DNA of 64,000 bases from Desulfatiglandales bacterium (GTDB lineage Bacteria > Desulfobacterota > DSM-4660 > Desulfatiglandales > HGW-15), in assembly GCA_963667015.2 (NCBI GenBank), contig CAXXJJ010000004.1, positions 4,000,001 through 4,064,000 of the forward strand, written 5' to 3'. Both the position numbers and the translations under genes were made by a program. This document shows positions 1-9,516 of the stretch, piece after piece. The first letter of the stretch is position 1. The number at the start of each line of letters is the position of its first letter. The notes beneath the pieces are model-generated. The model made no database searches. It was given only the letters and a program-made list of their open reading frames with translations, and was not told the origin of the DNA.

Positions 1-1
1 A

Positions 2-1435
2 AACAGATCTTCCACAAATAAAAATGCCAGATCAATGCTCAAGGCTGCATCCTGGGTAAAAGACGGAGGGATTCTTATTCTCTTTCCCGCCGGGGAGGTA
101 TCACATTTTTCAATATCAAAAAAGATTATAACAGACCCGCCATGGCATAACACCATCGCAAGGTTGGTGCATCTGACAAAATCTCCCGTGCTTCCCTTTT
201 TCTTTCATGGAAAAAACAGTGCTCTCTTCCATATTGCCGGCCTTATTCACCCCCGTCTCAGAACAGCGCTGCTTCCAAGGGAACTGCTGAAAAAAAGATC
301 TGTGAATATTCACTACAAAATAGGGAACCCTATACCTTATAAAAGGCTTTCGGATATTAAAGATATCAATAACCTTACATCCTATGTTCGCTTTCGAACG
401 GAACTGCTTGGAAAATCCAACAACAGGAACAATAAAATTCTCACATTCCCAATGATTGACAGGTTTAAAAAAAAGGAAATGCCTGTAACCTCCTCTGAGG
501 ATCATGATTTTTTAATAAAAGAGATGACCATGCTGCCAGCGGACCAGAAACTTGTTCGGAACGGCGATTTCTCTGTCTATTGGGCGCGATGCACTCAGAT
601 CCCCCGTATACTTCATGAGATTGGACGCCTGCGTGAACTGACTTTTCGGGGAACAGGAGAAGGGACCGGTAACAGCATAGACCTTGACCGCTTTGACCAT
701 ACCTACATCCACATAATTCTATGGAATGAAAAAAACCGCGAAATCGTGGGCTCATACAGGATTGGCAGGACAGATGAAATCCTTGCCAGGGAAGGAAAAA
801 GAGGTCTCTATACATATACTCTATTTAAATACCGCGATTCATTTTTAAATAACCTGGGCCCGGCACTGGAAATGGGCAGAACCTTCATACGTGAAGAGTA
901 TCAGAAGAGCTATTCCGCCCTGCTTCTCCTATGGAAAGGGATTGGACAATACGTAGTCAAAAATAAAAAATACAGATACCTGTTCGGTGCGGTCAGCATA
1001 TCAAAGAATTACCAGTCCTATTCTAAAAAACTGATGGTATCTTTCCTCGAAATGAATCATGGAATGCCAAGTCTTTCTAAAATGATTAAACCCAGAACTC
1101 CATTCCGGATAACAATCTCCCGGGCAGGGTTAAACCGTGTTTTAAAATGGAGCAACGATATAGATGAGGTTTCATCCTGGGTCTCAGGCATAGAAAAGGA
1201 TGATAAGGGTGTGCCGGTTCTTCTGAGGCAATACCTCAAGCTTGGAGGTAAAATACTCTGCTTTAATGTTGATCAGAATTTCAATGATGTACTTGACGGA
1301 CTTATATTTATTGACCTTCTTGAATCCGATGAAAAAACTCTTGCACGCTATTTTGGAGAAACCGGATTAAAAAGTTTCCTGGCATATCACTCCGGTATAA
1401 AGAATGCTCCGGAGAAGATATTTCTGGTGGCATAA
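2..1435 (+). CDS. PlsC-type acyltransferase + GNAT fusion (OlsF-like ornithine-lipid synthase); 5' end outside window
   Basis: Frame is open from position 2. ILFPAGEV acyltransferase block, then EIGRLRELTFR...DLDRFD, LEMGRTFI and PVLLRQYLKLG motifs of the OlsB/OlsF-type GNAT domain. Confidence 0.8.
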   Translation, partial: NRSSTNKNARSMLKAASWVKDGGILILFPAGEVSHFSISKKIITDPPWHNTIARLVHLTKSPVLPFFFHGKNSALFHIAGLIHPRLRTALLPRELLKKRSVNIHYKIGNPIPYKRLSDIKDINNLTSYVRFRTELLGKSNNRNNKILTFPMIDRFKKKEMPVTSSEDHDFLIKEMTMLPADQKLVRNGDFSVYWARCTQIPRILHEIGRLRELTFRGTGEGTGNSIDLDRFDHTYIHIILWNEKNREIVGSYRIGRTDEILAREGKRGLYTYTLFKYRDSFLNNLGPALEMGRTFIREEYQKSYSALLLLWKGIGQYVVKNKKYRYLFGAVSISKNYQSYSKKLMVSFLEMNHGMPSLSKMIKPRTPFRITISRAGLNRVLKWSNDIDEVSSWVSGIEKDDKGVPVLLRQYLKLGGKILCFNVDQNFNDVLDGLIFIDLLESDEKTLARYFGETGLKSFLAYHSGIKNAPEKIFLVA

Positions 1436-1490
1436 GGTTCTATATCACACAGCAGGGAAACTGTAACCCGTATGACTTCCTGTAATTTTC

Positions 1491-1856
1491 TCAGCATGAT
1501 GCCTCCATTGGCCTTATTTCATTCTCTCTCTGACAGGTAATACATAACCTCGCAAATGGAACGGCCATAAGTCGCTTTTTAGATATCCTTTCGCTGCAAC
1601 CTTCACATATTCCATAGGTTCCTCTATGCAGGCGTTTCAGGGCGTCTTTAAAGCCATCTATTTTTAAGTTGTTCTTCTCAAGCAGTAAAATTGTAATATT
1701 GCTGTTATGAGTCCATGCCGCCTGATCAAGAAGATCTGAAAGCTTTTCATGCTCATCTACCTTTATTGATTCAAGAACAGCGTTGTTGTCGATGGTTTCA
1801 TTCATTTTTTTTAAAAGAAGGTCTTTAAAATAGATTTGTTCTTTATCCTGCAGCAT
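1491..1856 (-). CDS. TraR/DksA family zinc-finger transcription factor
   Basis: DxxDxA (DLLDQA) coiled-coil tip plus GTYGICEGC...RL.AVPFARLCITCQ C4 zinc finger. Confidence 0.9.
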   Translation of the reverse strand: MLQDKEQIYFKDLLLKKMNETIDNNAVLESIKVDEHEKLSDLLDQAAWTHNSNITILLLEKNNLKIDGFKDALKRLHRGTYGICEGCSERISKKRLMAVPFARLCITCQRENEIRPMEASC

Positions 1857-1989
1857 AGCAAAATATTCCTTTCACTTCGTTATTTTATTCATAATCAATC
1901 ACACCACATTTATTTTACAGATGATTATTAGAACAGTATTGCAATAACGTTATAGTTGGGTTTATTGATAGAAAGCGATCTTTACAAAT

Positions 1990-2028
1990 CTTACAAATCA
2001 ATAATAATTCATTAATATTAACCTAATA
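1990..2028 (+). promoter_or_regulatory. Degenerate Pho-box-like array
   Basis: CTTACA (1990), ATAATA (2001), TTAATA (2012), CTAATA (2023) at exact 11-bp period, resembling the YTAACA arrays at pstS and phoB. AT-rich context weakens the call. Confidence 0.35.
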
Positions 2029-2044
2029 TCATTTTTTTAAATTC

Positions 2045-2190
2045 TTAATTAGTGCCCATCCAAAAACTGTCGTTTTTGAATAGCCGCGGTCAGCTTTTGG
2101 CTAAATGCTTTTAAAGCAGAGCTTTAGCTGACGGCTGATAGCTGAATGCTCCATCCGGTTTTTTGTTATTTCTGGATGGACACTAATTAA
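2045..2190. mobile_element. Non-coding MITE-like element (~146 bp)
   Basis: 22-bp inverted ends TTAATTAGTGCCCATCCAAAAA (2045-2066) and TTTCTGGATGGACACTAATTAA (2169-2190), 2 mismatches. Interior is GC-richer than the flanks and has GCTGA short repeats. Confidence 0.65.
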
Positions 2191-2233
2191 TAATAAAATC
2201 TATTGGATGTTTTTCAGTGAAAAGGAGAAGGTT

Positions 2234-2635
2234 ATGAATAGTAAGATAATGATTGTAGACGATGAGGAGCATATTCGCTTTTTATACTCTGAGGAGCTTG
2301 AGGGTGAAGGATACCATGTGGTTACCCTATCTAATGGATTCAGGCTCCTTGAAAAAATTGCAAGAGAAAGACCCGATCTGGTTGTTCTCGATATCCGAAT
2401 GAGAGATTATGATGGACTTGATCTTTTACAGGATATCAAAAACAGATTTTATCATATGCCGGTTGGTCTCTGTTCTGCATATGATTCTTACAGAGAAGAT
2501 ATGAAATCAGTTGCAGCTGACTTCTATGTTGTAAAATCTTATGATTTAGATGAGCTAAAAAACAATATCGCGAAAACTCTGAATATTTATAATCAAAACA
2601 ATCAGGTAAAAAACAGGTTGTCTGCATTTGCTTGA
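2234..2635 (+). CDS. Single-domain response regulator (REC)
   Basis: KIMIVDDE, LVVLDIRM (phospho-Asp) and conserved Lys (VVKS). RBS AAGGAG before ATG 2234. Confidence 0.9.
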   Translation: MNSKIMIVDDEEHIRFLYSEELEGEGYHVVTLSNGFRLLEKIARERPDLVVLDIRMRDYDGLDLLQDIKNRFYHMPVGLCSAYDSYREDMKSVAADFYVVKSYDLDELKNNIAKTLNIYNQNNQVKNRLSAFA

Positions 2636-2775
2636 TCCTTTTATTTAGATACCCGATTATTCTTTGGTGTTTATCGTTATAATGATTCTTTTTTAGTTTA
2701 CCATGAATGATACACGACACTATTAACCCTTACTGTTATTTTACTCTTGCTAATCACGCTAGTCTTAAATCAACA

Positions 2776-3201
2776 CTATTTGCTAAGCTCTTCTTCTATA
2801 TTTTCCACAAAAGTCTTTATCTCATCTCTGACTTTTCTGTAGTGATTTAAGGCTTCTTCGGCATTCTGTGTCCCCTCGGCAAGCTTTGGTGGATCATCAA
2901 AGCCTCTGTGTAGCAGTTTTGTCTTTGCAGGAAAAAATGGACATGCTTCATTTGCGTTATCACAAAGAGTAACTACATAATCGAATTCCATATTTCCCAG
3001 AGACGCTATGTCCTTTGATTTTTGCCCGGAGATATTTATGCCAATTTCGGACATAACTTTTTCAGCCCTCGGATCGACACCTTTTGGTGAAATACCAGCA
3101 GAGTATCCCTCAAAATCATCTGTTTTAATAGCATTTGTCAATGCCTCAGCCATCTGACTCCGGCACGAATTACCAGTACATAAAAAAAGAATCTTTTTCA
3201 T
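2776..3201 (-). CDS. arsC: Thioredoxin-coupled arsenate reductase (LMWP family)
   Basis: CTGNSCRS P-loop, VTLCD...CP and FDDP motifs; adjacent to acr3. Confidence 0.93.
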   Translation of the reverse strand: MKKILFLCTGNSCRSQMAEALTNAIKTDDFEGYSAGISPKGVDPRAEKVMSEIGINISGQKSKDIASLGNMEFDYVVTLCDNANEACPFFPAKTKLLHRGFDDPPKLAEGTQNAEEALNHYRKVRDEIKTFVENIEEELSK

Positions 3202-3212
3202 TTTTACTCCTT

Positions 3213-3833
3213 TTATTGTTTACATGTCATGTGGCATATTCCTGTTGGAGTTTTGACCGCATAAGGAAAATATATTTTCTTGAACAAAAGCGCAATAAGC
3301 GTGATGGGACTGATCTTTGGAATAAATTTGTTTTCATACCATTCTTTTCCTTTTGTGTTAAGTCCGATAACACGGGAAATTATTCCAGCGAGGAATGGAA
3401 TTCCCAGATAGATAAAAACGCTTTCTGCGATCTGTCCAATAGATATATTTACAACCATTCCTTTTAGGCCTAACCATTGTGGGACAACTGTTATAAATAT
3501 ATAGGCATAAACAGAAAAAAATAAAACTTGAAATATAGAGTTAAATGCAACAAGGCCGGCGCAGTATTCCGTGTCACCCGATGCAAGGTCATTCCAGACA
3601 ATTACCATTGCAATACAACGGGCAAGGCCAATAAGGATAAGACCTACCATGTATTCGTGATGCCCGGATAAAAAGGTGACTGCCAGTAAAAACATTAAGA
3701 TCGGTCCGATAATCCAGTTCTGGATCAAAGAAAGAAAAAGCACTTTAAAATTACGGAATACCTGCCCAAGCTCTTCATATTTGACCTTTGCAAGGGGAGG
3801 GTACATCATTAAAATAAGTCCAATTCCAATCGG
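3213..3833 (-). pseudogene. acr3: Acr3 arsenite exporter remnant (5'-truncated, internal in-frame deletion)
   Basis: [17 protein letters not shown] and [13 protein letters not shown]cr3 motifs. N-terminus absent. ITLIALLF is joined directly to a C-terminal-like tail, giving ~200 aa versus ~350 aa typical. Confidence 0.8.
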
Positions 3834-3918
3834 TAATTAAATTAATTAATATCTTTTAGAGTTTCATGCTAACTTAAAACCTTCTCCATCACATAATAAG
3901 TATCCGTGTTATCCACCG

Positions 3919-4245
3919 CTAGGTTAAGGTAATCACTGCCGGGTCCCTGGCTGACTGGTCAGAAACGATAATATATCCGGTTTTGTTGCCTTCACTATAT
4001 ATGGAAATACCCTCATGATCTTTAGTGAAACCCTCTGTCGCAAATAAAGCCCGTTGCTTATTGCCTTTTACTAGGTCTGCATAATATTTTCGTACTCCTA
4101 CACCTTCATCAGAATAGTAGATATAGCCGAGTGTATCATCGACGGCAATAGCTTCAATTTCCTTTTTACCGCTGAACTCACCGAATTTACGAACAAGGGT
4201 TGCCTTTACCATTCCCAAATCATCATGAAGAAGATACTGCCAGAA
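3919..4245 (-). pseudogene. Beta-propeller (3-)phytase internal fragment
   Basis: FWQY...VRKFGEFSGKKEIEAIAVDD.LGYIYYSDE.VGVRKYYAD...DHEGISIY...GYIIVSDQ resembles beta-propeller phytases. Both termini are missing. Confidence 0.7.
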
Positions 4246-4247
4246 TT

Positions 4248-4275
4248 TTAACAATTTTCTAACAATAATTTAACA
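4248..4275 (+). promoter_or_regulatory. Pho box array (3 x YTAACA, 11-bp period)
   Basis: TTAACA 4248, CTAACA 4259, TTAACA 4270. 4247-4267 is an exact reverse complement of 12032-12052 upstream of phoB. Confidence 0.7.
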
Positions 4276-4315
4276 TTTGTATTTTAATATTGAATAAAAA
4301 ACTTGGAGTTTAAGT

Positions 4316-4510
4316 ATGATTATATCTCTTTATATATTGACTTTGGTCTGGATTGCCTCTGTTTTTTCCTTTGCAAGGTTAAGAATATCATTATCCGGCA
4401 AGAATGCTGCGTTTATTAAGGCACACAAAGATTGGATTTGTATAACATACCTGCGTATAAGCGGTATTTTTATACTTTTTGTAATTATTGCACTTATCAA
4501 CCGATATTAA
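4316..4510 (+). CDS. Small two-helix membrane protein, hypothetical (64 aa)
   Basis: GGAG RBS, two hydrophobic segments, upstream Pho-box array; stops just short of the convergent phoU. Confidence 0.5.
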   Translation: MIISLYILTLVWIASVFSFARLRISLSGKNAAFIKAHKDWICITYLRISGIFILFVIIALINRY

Positions 4511-4524
4511 AACAATGGATTTTT

Positions 4525-5181
4525 CTACTGTTTCTTGTGCCGCGGAATTACCCCTTCAATAAGATAAATTACCTCTTCCGCAATATTCGTAGCATGGTCG
4601 GCAATTCTTTCAAGGTGGTGTGATACTGAGAAAATATGTATTAATGATCCAACCCTTTCCGGGTTGTCAGGTATAACTATTTTTACCTTCTCAAAAAAAC
4701 CTCTGTCCAGTTCATCAACCTCATCATCCTTGAGACGTACCCTGTAGGCAAGGTCAATATCAAGGGATACAAGGGCATCAAGGCTGTCCTTAAGCATTTT
4801 TATAGTCTTTTCCGACATTTCTTTATAGTCAAAGGAGATATCCAAAGAGGGGCGGGTTCCCAGATACATTACCCTTTCAGCAATATTTACAGCCTCGTCG
4901 CCAATTCTTTCAAGATCATTATTTATCTTTATTACTGCTGTAATAAAACGAAGATCCACTGCCACAGGCTGGTGCAGTGCCAGTATTTTAAGGCACTCCT
5001 CTTCAACTTCAACCTCAATCTCATCAACCCTTTTATCTACTTTTATCACCTTTTCTGCAATATCAAGATCCTTTGTCTCAAGGGCCTTAATTGCCAAATT
5101 GACCTGTTCTTCCACCATTGCTCCAAGCGAAAGAATCTGTTTTTTTAAATTATCGATTTCAATCTGTAAACGGGGTGGCAT
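4525..5181 (-). CDS. phoU: Phosphate signalling protein PhoU
   Basis: QPVAVDLR, DLERIGDEAVNIAE and LERIADHATNIAE repeats; downstream of pstB. Confidence 0.96.
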   Translation of the reverse strand: MPPRLQIEIDNLKKQILSLGAMVEEQVNLAIKALETKDLDIAEKVIKVDKRVDEIEVEVEEECLKILALHQPVAVDLRFITAVIKINNDLERIGDEAVNIAERVMYLGTRPSLDISFDYKEMSEKTIKMLKDSLDALVSLDIDLAYRVRLKDDEVDELDRGFFEKVKIVIPDNPERVGSLIHIFSVSHHLERIADHATNIAEEVIYLIEGVIPRHKKQ

Positions 5182-5240
5182 TTATATCTCCTCGAAATAT
5201 TTCTAAAAATATCTATATACACTATTACTTTTAATTCGTA

Positions 5241-6002
5241 TTACCCGAACCTTCCGGTAATATAGTCGGACGTCTGCTTTAGCTCAGGTCGGGTAAACAG
5301 GGTATCTGTTTCATTAAACTCTATGAGTTTTCCCAGATAAAAAAAGGCTGTCATATCGGAAACCCTGGCAGCCTGCTGCATATTGTGAGTAACGATAATT
5401 ATTGTATAGGTTTCCTTAAGCTGGTGAATAAGTTCTTCAATCTTTTGTGTGGCAATCGGATCCAGCGCTGAGGCCGGTTCATCCATAAGAAGGACTTCCG
5501 GTTCAACGGCCATTGCACGTGCAATACACAACCTCTGCTGCTGCCCGCCTGACAGACCCAGGGCGGATTCGTTTAGCCTGTCTTTGACCTCATCCCACAG
5601 GGCCGCGCCCTTAAGGCTGTTTTCCACCCTTTCCTCTATTGCGCCCCTGTCCTTTAATCCGTTTACCCTCAGGCCGTATGCCACATTTTCAAAAATCGTT
5701 TTTGGAAAGGGGTTGGGTTTTTGAAATACCATTCCTACCCTGCTCCTGAGGGCAACAACATCAACACTGCTGTCATATATGTTTTCCTCATGCAGTAAAA
5801 CCTTTCCTTCTACCCTGCTGTATGGAATCAGATCATTCATTCGATTAAGGCATCTTAAAAGTGTGCTCTTCCCGCATCCTGACGGCCCGATCAGGGCTGT
5901 TACTTTATTTTCATAGAACTCAAGGGATATCCCGTGCAGTGCCTTAAAATCACGGTAAAAGAAATCTACATCCTGAGTCATCATCTTTATTTTATCATTC
6001 AT
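5241..6002 (-). CDS. pstB: Phosphate ABC transporter ATPase
   Basis: [40 protein letters not shown]. Confidence 0.97.
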   Translation of the reverse strand: MNDKIKMMTQDVDFFYRDFKALHGISLEFYENKVTALIGPSGCGKSTLLRCLNRMNDLIPYSRVEGKVLLHEENIYDSSVDVVALRSRVGMVFQKPNPFPKTIFENVAYGLRVNGLKDRGAIEERVENSLKGAALWDEVKDRLNESALGLSGGQQQRLCIARAMAVEPEVLLMDEPASALDPIATQKIEELIHQLKETYTIIIVTHNMQQAARVSDMTAFFYLGKLIEFNETDTLFTRPELKQTSDYITGRFG

Positions 6003-6044
6003 TATCTGCTTTTCCTGCTATATCCAATAGATCTTATTTATTGA

Positions 6045-6914
6045 TTACAACCTTCGTCTCAGTTTCGTTCTGTAAATAATTGCAAGCAGGTTTAAACCAA
6101 GAACAAGTAGGATCAGCACAAGCGCTGTTCCATACTGAAGGTGTCTGGTTGCCTCAATTTCTGTTCCTGCGGTAGCAAGAACATAAATATGATAGGGTAG
6201 CGCCATAATCTCATCAAAGGGTGACGAAGGCAGAGACGGCGTATAAAATACAGCGGCTGTAAACATTATTGGTGCGGTCTCTCCTGCTGCGCGACTTATC
6301 CCGAGTATGGCCCCGGTAAGTATTCCCGGAAGAGCCGTCGGTAAAACAACCCGGTATATGGTCTGCCATTTTGTTGCGCCAAGTCCCAGGGATGCCTCTC
6401 GATAGGTATCCGGCACGTTCCTTAATGCCTCTTCAGATGCCCCTATTATAACAGGTAATGTCATAGCTGCAAGGGTGAGTGCCCCGGAGATTATGCTTAC
6501 TCCAAACCCCAGCCAGACCACAAACAGCGCAAGACCAAAGAGACCAAATACAACCGATGGAACGCCGGCAAGATTATTGATACCAAGCCTTATTATACGT
6601 ACCAGTCTTCCGGATTTTGCGTATTCATTAAGGTATATGGCAGAGGAGACACCGATAGGAAGGGCAATTAAAATAGCGCCAAGGCTTATGATTAATGTTC
6701 CGACAATACAGGGAAATATGCCTCCCTTTGTCATTGAATCATAGGGCGCCTGTGTAAGAAAGGTCCAGTTGATTGCCTTCCAGCCATTAATTACCAGAAA
6801 GAAAACAATTATCAGAAGTGCAATGCCGTTTAAACCGGTAGCTGTTTTAAACAATCCGAATATCAGTGATTGTGTTATTTTCCTGCTTTTTTTTGTTTTT
6901 CTTAAATTATTCAT
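6045..6914 (-). CDS. pstA: Phosphate ABC transporter permease
   Basis: NLAGVPSVVFGLFG, EASLGLGATKWQT, SRAAGETAP. Confidence 0.96.
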   Translation of the reverse strand: MNNLRKTKKSRKITQSLIFGLFKTATGLNGIALLIIVFFLVINGWKAINWTFLTQAPYDSMTKGGIFPCIVGTLIISLGAILIALPIGVSSAIYLNEYAKSGRLVRIIRLGINNLAGVPSVVFGLFGLALFVVWLGFGVSIISGALTLAAMTLPVIIGASEEALRNVPDTYREASLGLGATKWQTIYRVVLPTALPGILTGAILGISRAAGETAPIMFTAAVFYTPSLPSSPFDEIMALPYHIYVLATAGTEIEATRHLQYGTALVLILLVLGLNLLAIIYRTKLRRRL

Positions 6915-6973
6915 ATACTGAATCTCTAAGCCGGCATTCTAATTTCATTCCGACCCTTTAATAACCACATAGA

Positions 6974-7888
6974 TTAAAGTGTTGCGGCACCTACCTGCCT
7001 GTATCTGTTTGATATATATTCAGCTATCATATTAAAGACCATCGTAAACAGAAAGAGAACAATACCTGTTGCGAAAAGTGCGTAGTAATGATCCCCCCTG
7101 AAGGGCGCCTCTGCCATCTCTGCGGCAATGCTGGCAGGCAAAGGCCTTACCGGATCAAAAATGGATTCTGGTATCATTGCTGCACCACCTGCCACCATGA
7201 GGACAACCATTGTCTCCCCGATAGCTCTGGACATGCCCAGGATTATTGCGGTTGTTATTCCTGATATTGATGCAGGTATGACGACCCTCCAGATCGTCTC
7301 CCAGTGGGTTGCACCAAGGGCAAGGGATGCCTCCTTAAGTTCCTTTGGTACACTGAATATTGCATCCTCACCTATGCTGCATATTGTAGGCACAGACATG
7401 AAGGCCAGCATCAGGGAAGCGTTAAATAGATTAAGGCCGGTGGCGATATTGAATGTATTCTGTAAAAACGGGGCCACAACAACCATTCCGAAAAAGCCTA
7501 TAACAACGGACGGCAGGGCTGCCAGCAGTTCAACAATGGGTTTAACGATCTCTCTGACCTTCTGGGAGGCCGTCTCTGCCAGAAAAAGCGCGGTTAGCAC
7601 ACCAAGCGGAATAGAGATAACCGACGATGTCAATGTTACGGCCAGTGATGCTATAATCAAGGGAAATATGCCAAAATCGGGTGGATCAGATGTCGGATAC
7701 CAGTATTTACCAAAAATAAAGTCTTTTACCGACGCCTTTCCGAATATGGGAAGCCCCTCCATAAAAAGAAAGGCCACGATCAGTCCAAGTGTTACTATCG
7801 AAGCCAGGGCTATAAGAAAAAAGCCGGAACGGACAAGCTTTTCCCTGTTTCTCCGGCTCTTTCCTTTATGATACTTCTTATCATTCAT
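6974..7888 (-). CDS. pstC: Phosphate ABC transporter permease
   Basis: ELLAALPSVVIG, EASLALGAT, SRAIGETMVV. Confidence 0.96.
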   Translation of the reverse strand: MNDKKYHKGKSRRNREKLVRSGFFLIALASIVTLGLIVAFLFMEGLPIFGKASVKDFIFGKYWYPTSDPPDFGIFPLIIASLAVTLTSSVISIPLGVLTALFLAETASQKVREIVKPIVELLAALPSVVIGFFGMVVVAPFLQNTFNIATGLNLFNASLMLAFMSVPTICSIGEDAIFSVPKELKEASLALGATHWETIWRVVIPASISGITTAIILGMSRAIGETMVVLMVAGGAAMIPESIFDPVRPLPASIAAEMAEAPFRGDHYYALFATGIVLFLFTMVFNMIAEYISNRYRQVGAATL

Positions 7889-7906
7889 TGGAAACCATTA
7901 TAAATA

Positions 7907-7932
7907 ATGGAGGCTGTTGTTACAGCCTCCAT
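7907..7932 (-). terminator. Stem-loop between pstS and pstC (mRNA stabiliser or partial terminator)
   Basis: ATGGAGGCTGT / ACAGCCTCCAT perfect 11-bp stem with a 4-nt loop. Confidence 0.6.
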
Positions 7933-7941
7933 AATGAAAGA

Positions 7942-8760
7942 TTAGTAAAGCGGTACAAATCCTGCTTCTTTAACATACTTTTGTCCCTTTTCAGGGTTAA
8001 GCATGAAGTTGATAAAGTTAAGGGTATCAAGTTTAGGCCATCCGTTTGTGAACATGTACAATGCCCTGCTTACAGGATAGGTTCCATCAAGAGTTGTTGC
8101 AGGATTTCCTTCTATACTGTTTACCGTGGTTGCCTTGATGGTGTCATTAAGATAACCAAAACCCACGTAACCGATAGCATTCTGGTTTTTAGAAACAGCC
8201 TGTGCTACAGCTCCGTTTGATGCCTGAAGAAGCGCTCCGGGATAAACCCGCTCTTTGCTCATTACCTTTTCTTCCCAAACTTCATATGTACCGGATGAGG
8301 AGTCGCGTGAAATAACAACTATTTTTTTATCCTCTCCTCCGACCTCCTTCCAGTTCTTTACTTCACCCTTATATATAGCCTTAAGCTGATCCAGGGTAAG
8401 GTTGTTAACAGGATTGGACGGATGTATGACCGGAACAATACAGTCATAGGCAACCGCAAAAGGAACAGGATAAACTCCCTTTTCAACGGCCATCTTTACC
8501 TCTTTATCCTTAATGAATCTTGAGCTGTCAGCAATATCTGTTGAACCGTCAATAATAGCCTTTATACCATTACCTGATCCTCCACCGGAAATCGAAATTT
8601 TAACATCCGGGTTCTGTTTCATGTAAGCCTCTGCCGCCTTCTGAGCTATGGGCAGCACCGTTGTCGAACCTTTAATCTCAATACTCCCGGCCCATACCAT
8701 ATTCGCCATTAAGCAGAAAGCTCCTACAAGACTCATTATTGTAAATTTTTTAATTCCCAT
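7942..8760 (-). CDS. pstS: Phosphate-binding periplasmic protein
   Basis: Signal peptide, GSTTV, GGGSGNG, SRDSSSGT, YPVSRALY. Confidence 0.96.
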   Translation of the reverse strand: MGIKKFTIMSLVGAFCLMANMVWAGSIEIKGSTTVLPIAQKAAEAYMKQNPDVKISISGGGSGNGIKAIIDGSTDIADSSRFIKDKEVKMAVEKGVYPVPFAVAYDCIVPVIHPSNPVNNLTLDQLKAIYKGEVKNWKEVGGEDKKIVVISRDSSSGTYEVWEEKVMSKERVYPGALLQASNGAVAQAVSKNQNAIGYVGFGYLNDTIKATTVNSIEGNPATTLDGTYPVSRALYMFTNGWPKLDTLNFINFMLNPEKGQKYVKEAGFVPLY

Positions 8761-8805
8761 TTTTTCCTCCTTAAGTTACAGAACGTTTTATTATGACATT
8801 TTAAC

Positions 8806-8833
8806 TGTTAGATTTATGTTAGCGTTATGTTAG
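8806..8833 (-). promoter_or_regulatory. Pho box array upstream of pstS
   Basis: TGTTAG at 8806, 8817 and 8828 (CTAACA x3 on the minus strand), exact 11-bp period. Confidence 0.8.
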
Positions 8834-8908
8834 ACCACGATTAAAAACCGCGCCGCATTCACCTCCTCACTGAAAGTTATCTAAATCAGCAATAAGATAT
8901 GAATAATT

Positions 8909-8947
8909 TGTTAATTGAAAATTAGCAGATTGTTAGGGTTTTATGAG
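8909..8947 (-). promoter_or_regulatory. Second, degenerate Pho box array upstream of pstS
   Basis: TGTTAA 8909, AATTAG 8920, TGTTAG 8931, TATGAG 8942 at 11-bp period. Confidence 0.5.
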
Positions 8948-8995
8948 GTTCGTACAGGAAGGTATTTTTTTAACTATTCTGAATATGATTTATGC

Positions 8996-9280
8996 TCAGG
9001 CTGCCCTCTTTGACAGGTTATAGGTCTCCATATCAAGGCAGTTTGACGTAATCCCGTTGATCATATCTTCTGCTTTGACATTCTCTTTCAGCCACAACAC
9101 GATATGTTCTGCAGATTCCTTTGGAATATCATGATTCAATACTGTATATTCTTCATGATTTCTTGATGCATCATAGTCATACCTTATCCTGACAGATCTT
9201 TTCCCAACCGATTTTGCCGAGTGATGATTTAAAAGATCAATTATCTTTGAAAGCTTATTTACTGTTCTATGTCTATCCAT
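8996..9280 (-). CDS. Hypothetical protein (94 aa)
   Basis: GGAGG RBS, co-oriented between phoR and pstS, no recognised motif. Weak 11-bp-periodic boxes at 9366-9393. Confidence 0.6.
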   Translation of the reverse strand: MDRHRTVNKLSKIIDLLNHHSAKSVGKRSVRIRYDYDASRNHEEYTVLNHDIPKESAEHIVLWLKENVKAEDMINGITSNCLDMETYNLSKRAA

Positions 9281-9516
9281 TATTTTCCTCCAAACTGTTA
9301 ACGAGTCGTCTATTTAATATTTTATTCTCTAATTTAATCATCTTTATGCAATTTTAAAGCCATAAAGTTAGAATCGTATTAGGAAAAGGTTCAATTTTCT
9401 ATAGATTTTAGGGTTTTATTGCGAAGAGCAGGGCCTACTACCTCATCGCTTGCAGCGGAGTAGTTCATCGGAGATTTCGTGTGATATTTTAGAGGTGTTT
9501 TTAAGCTTATTCTATT

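Noticed and set aside
3909..3917. TTATCCACC near-DnaA box
   Set aside because: Isolated one-mismatch hit far from dnaA; expected by chance.
7128..7871. Long antisense ORFs (also 9755-10402, 17303-17995, 29435-29857, 32983-33615)
   Set aside because: Shadows of well-supported genes on the opposite strand with no motifs of their own.
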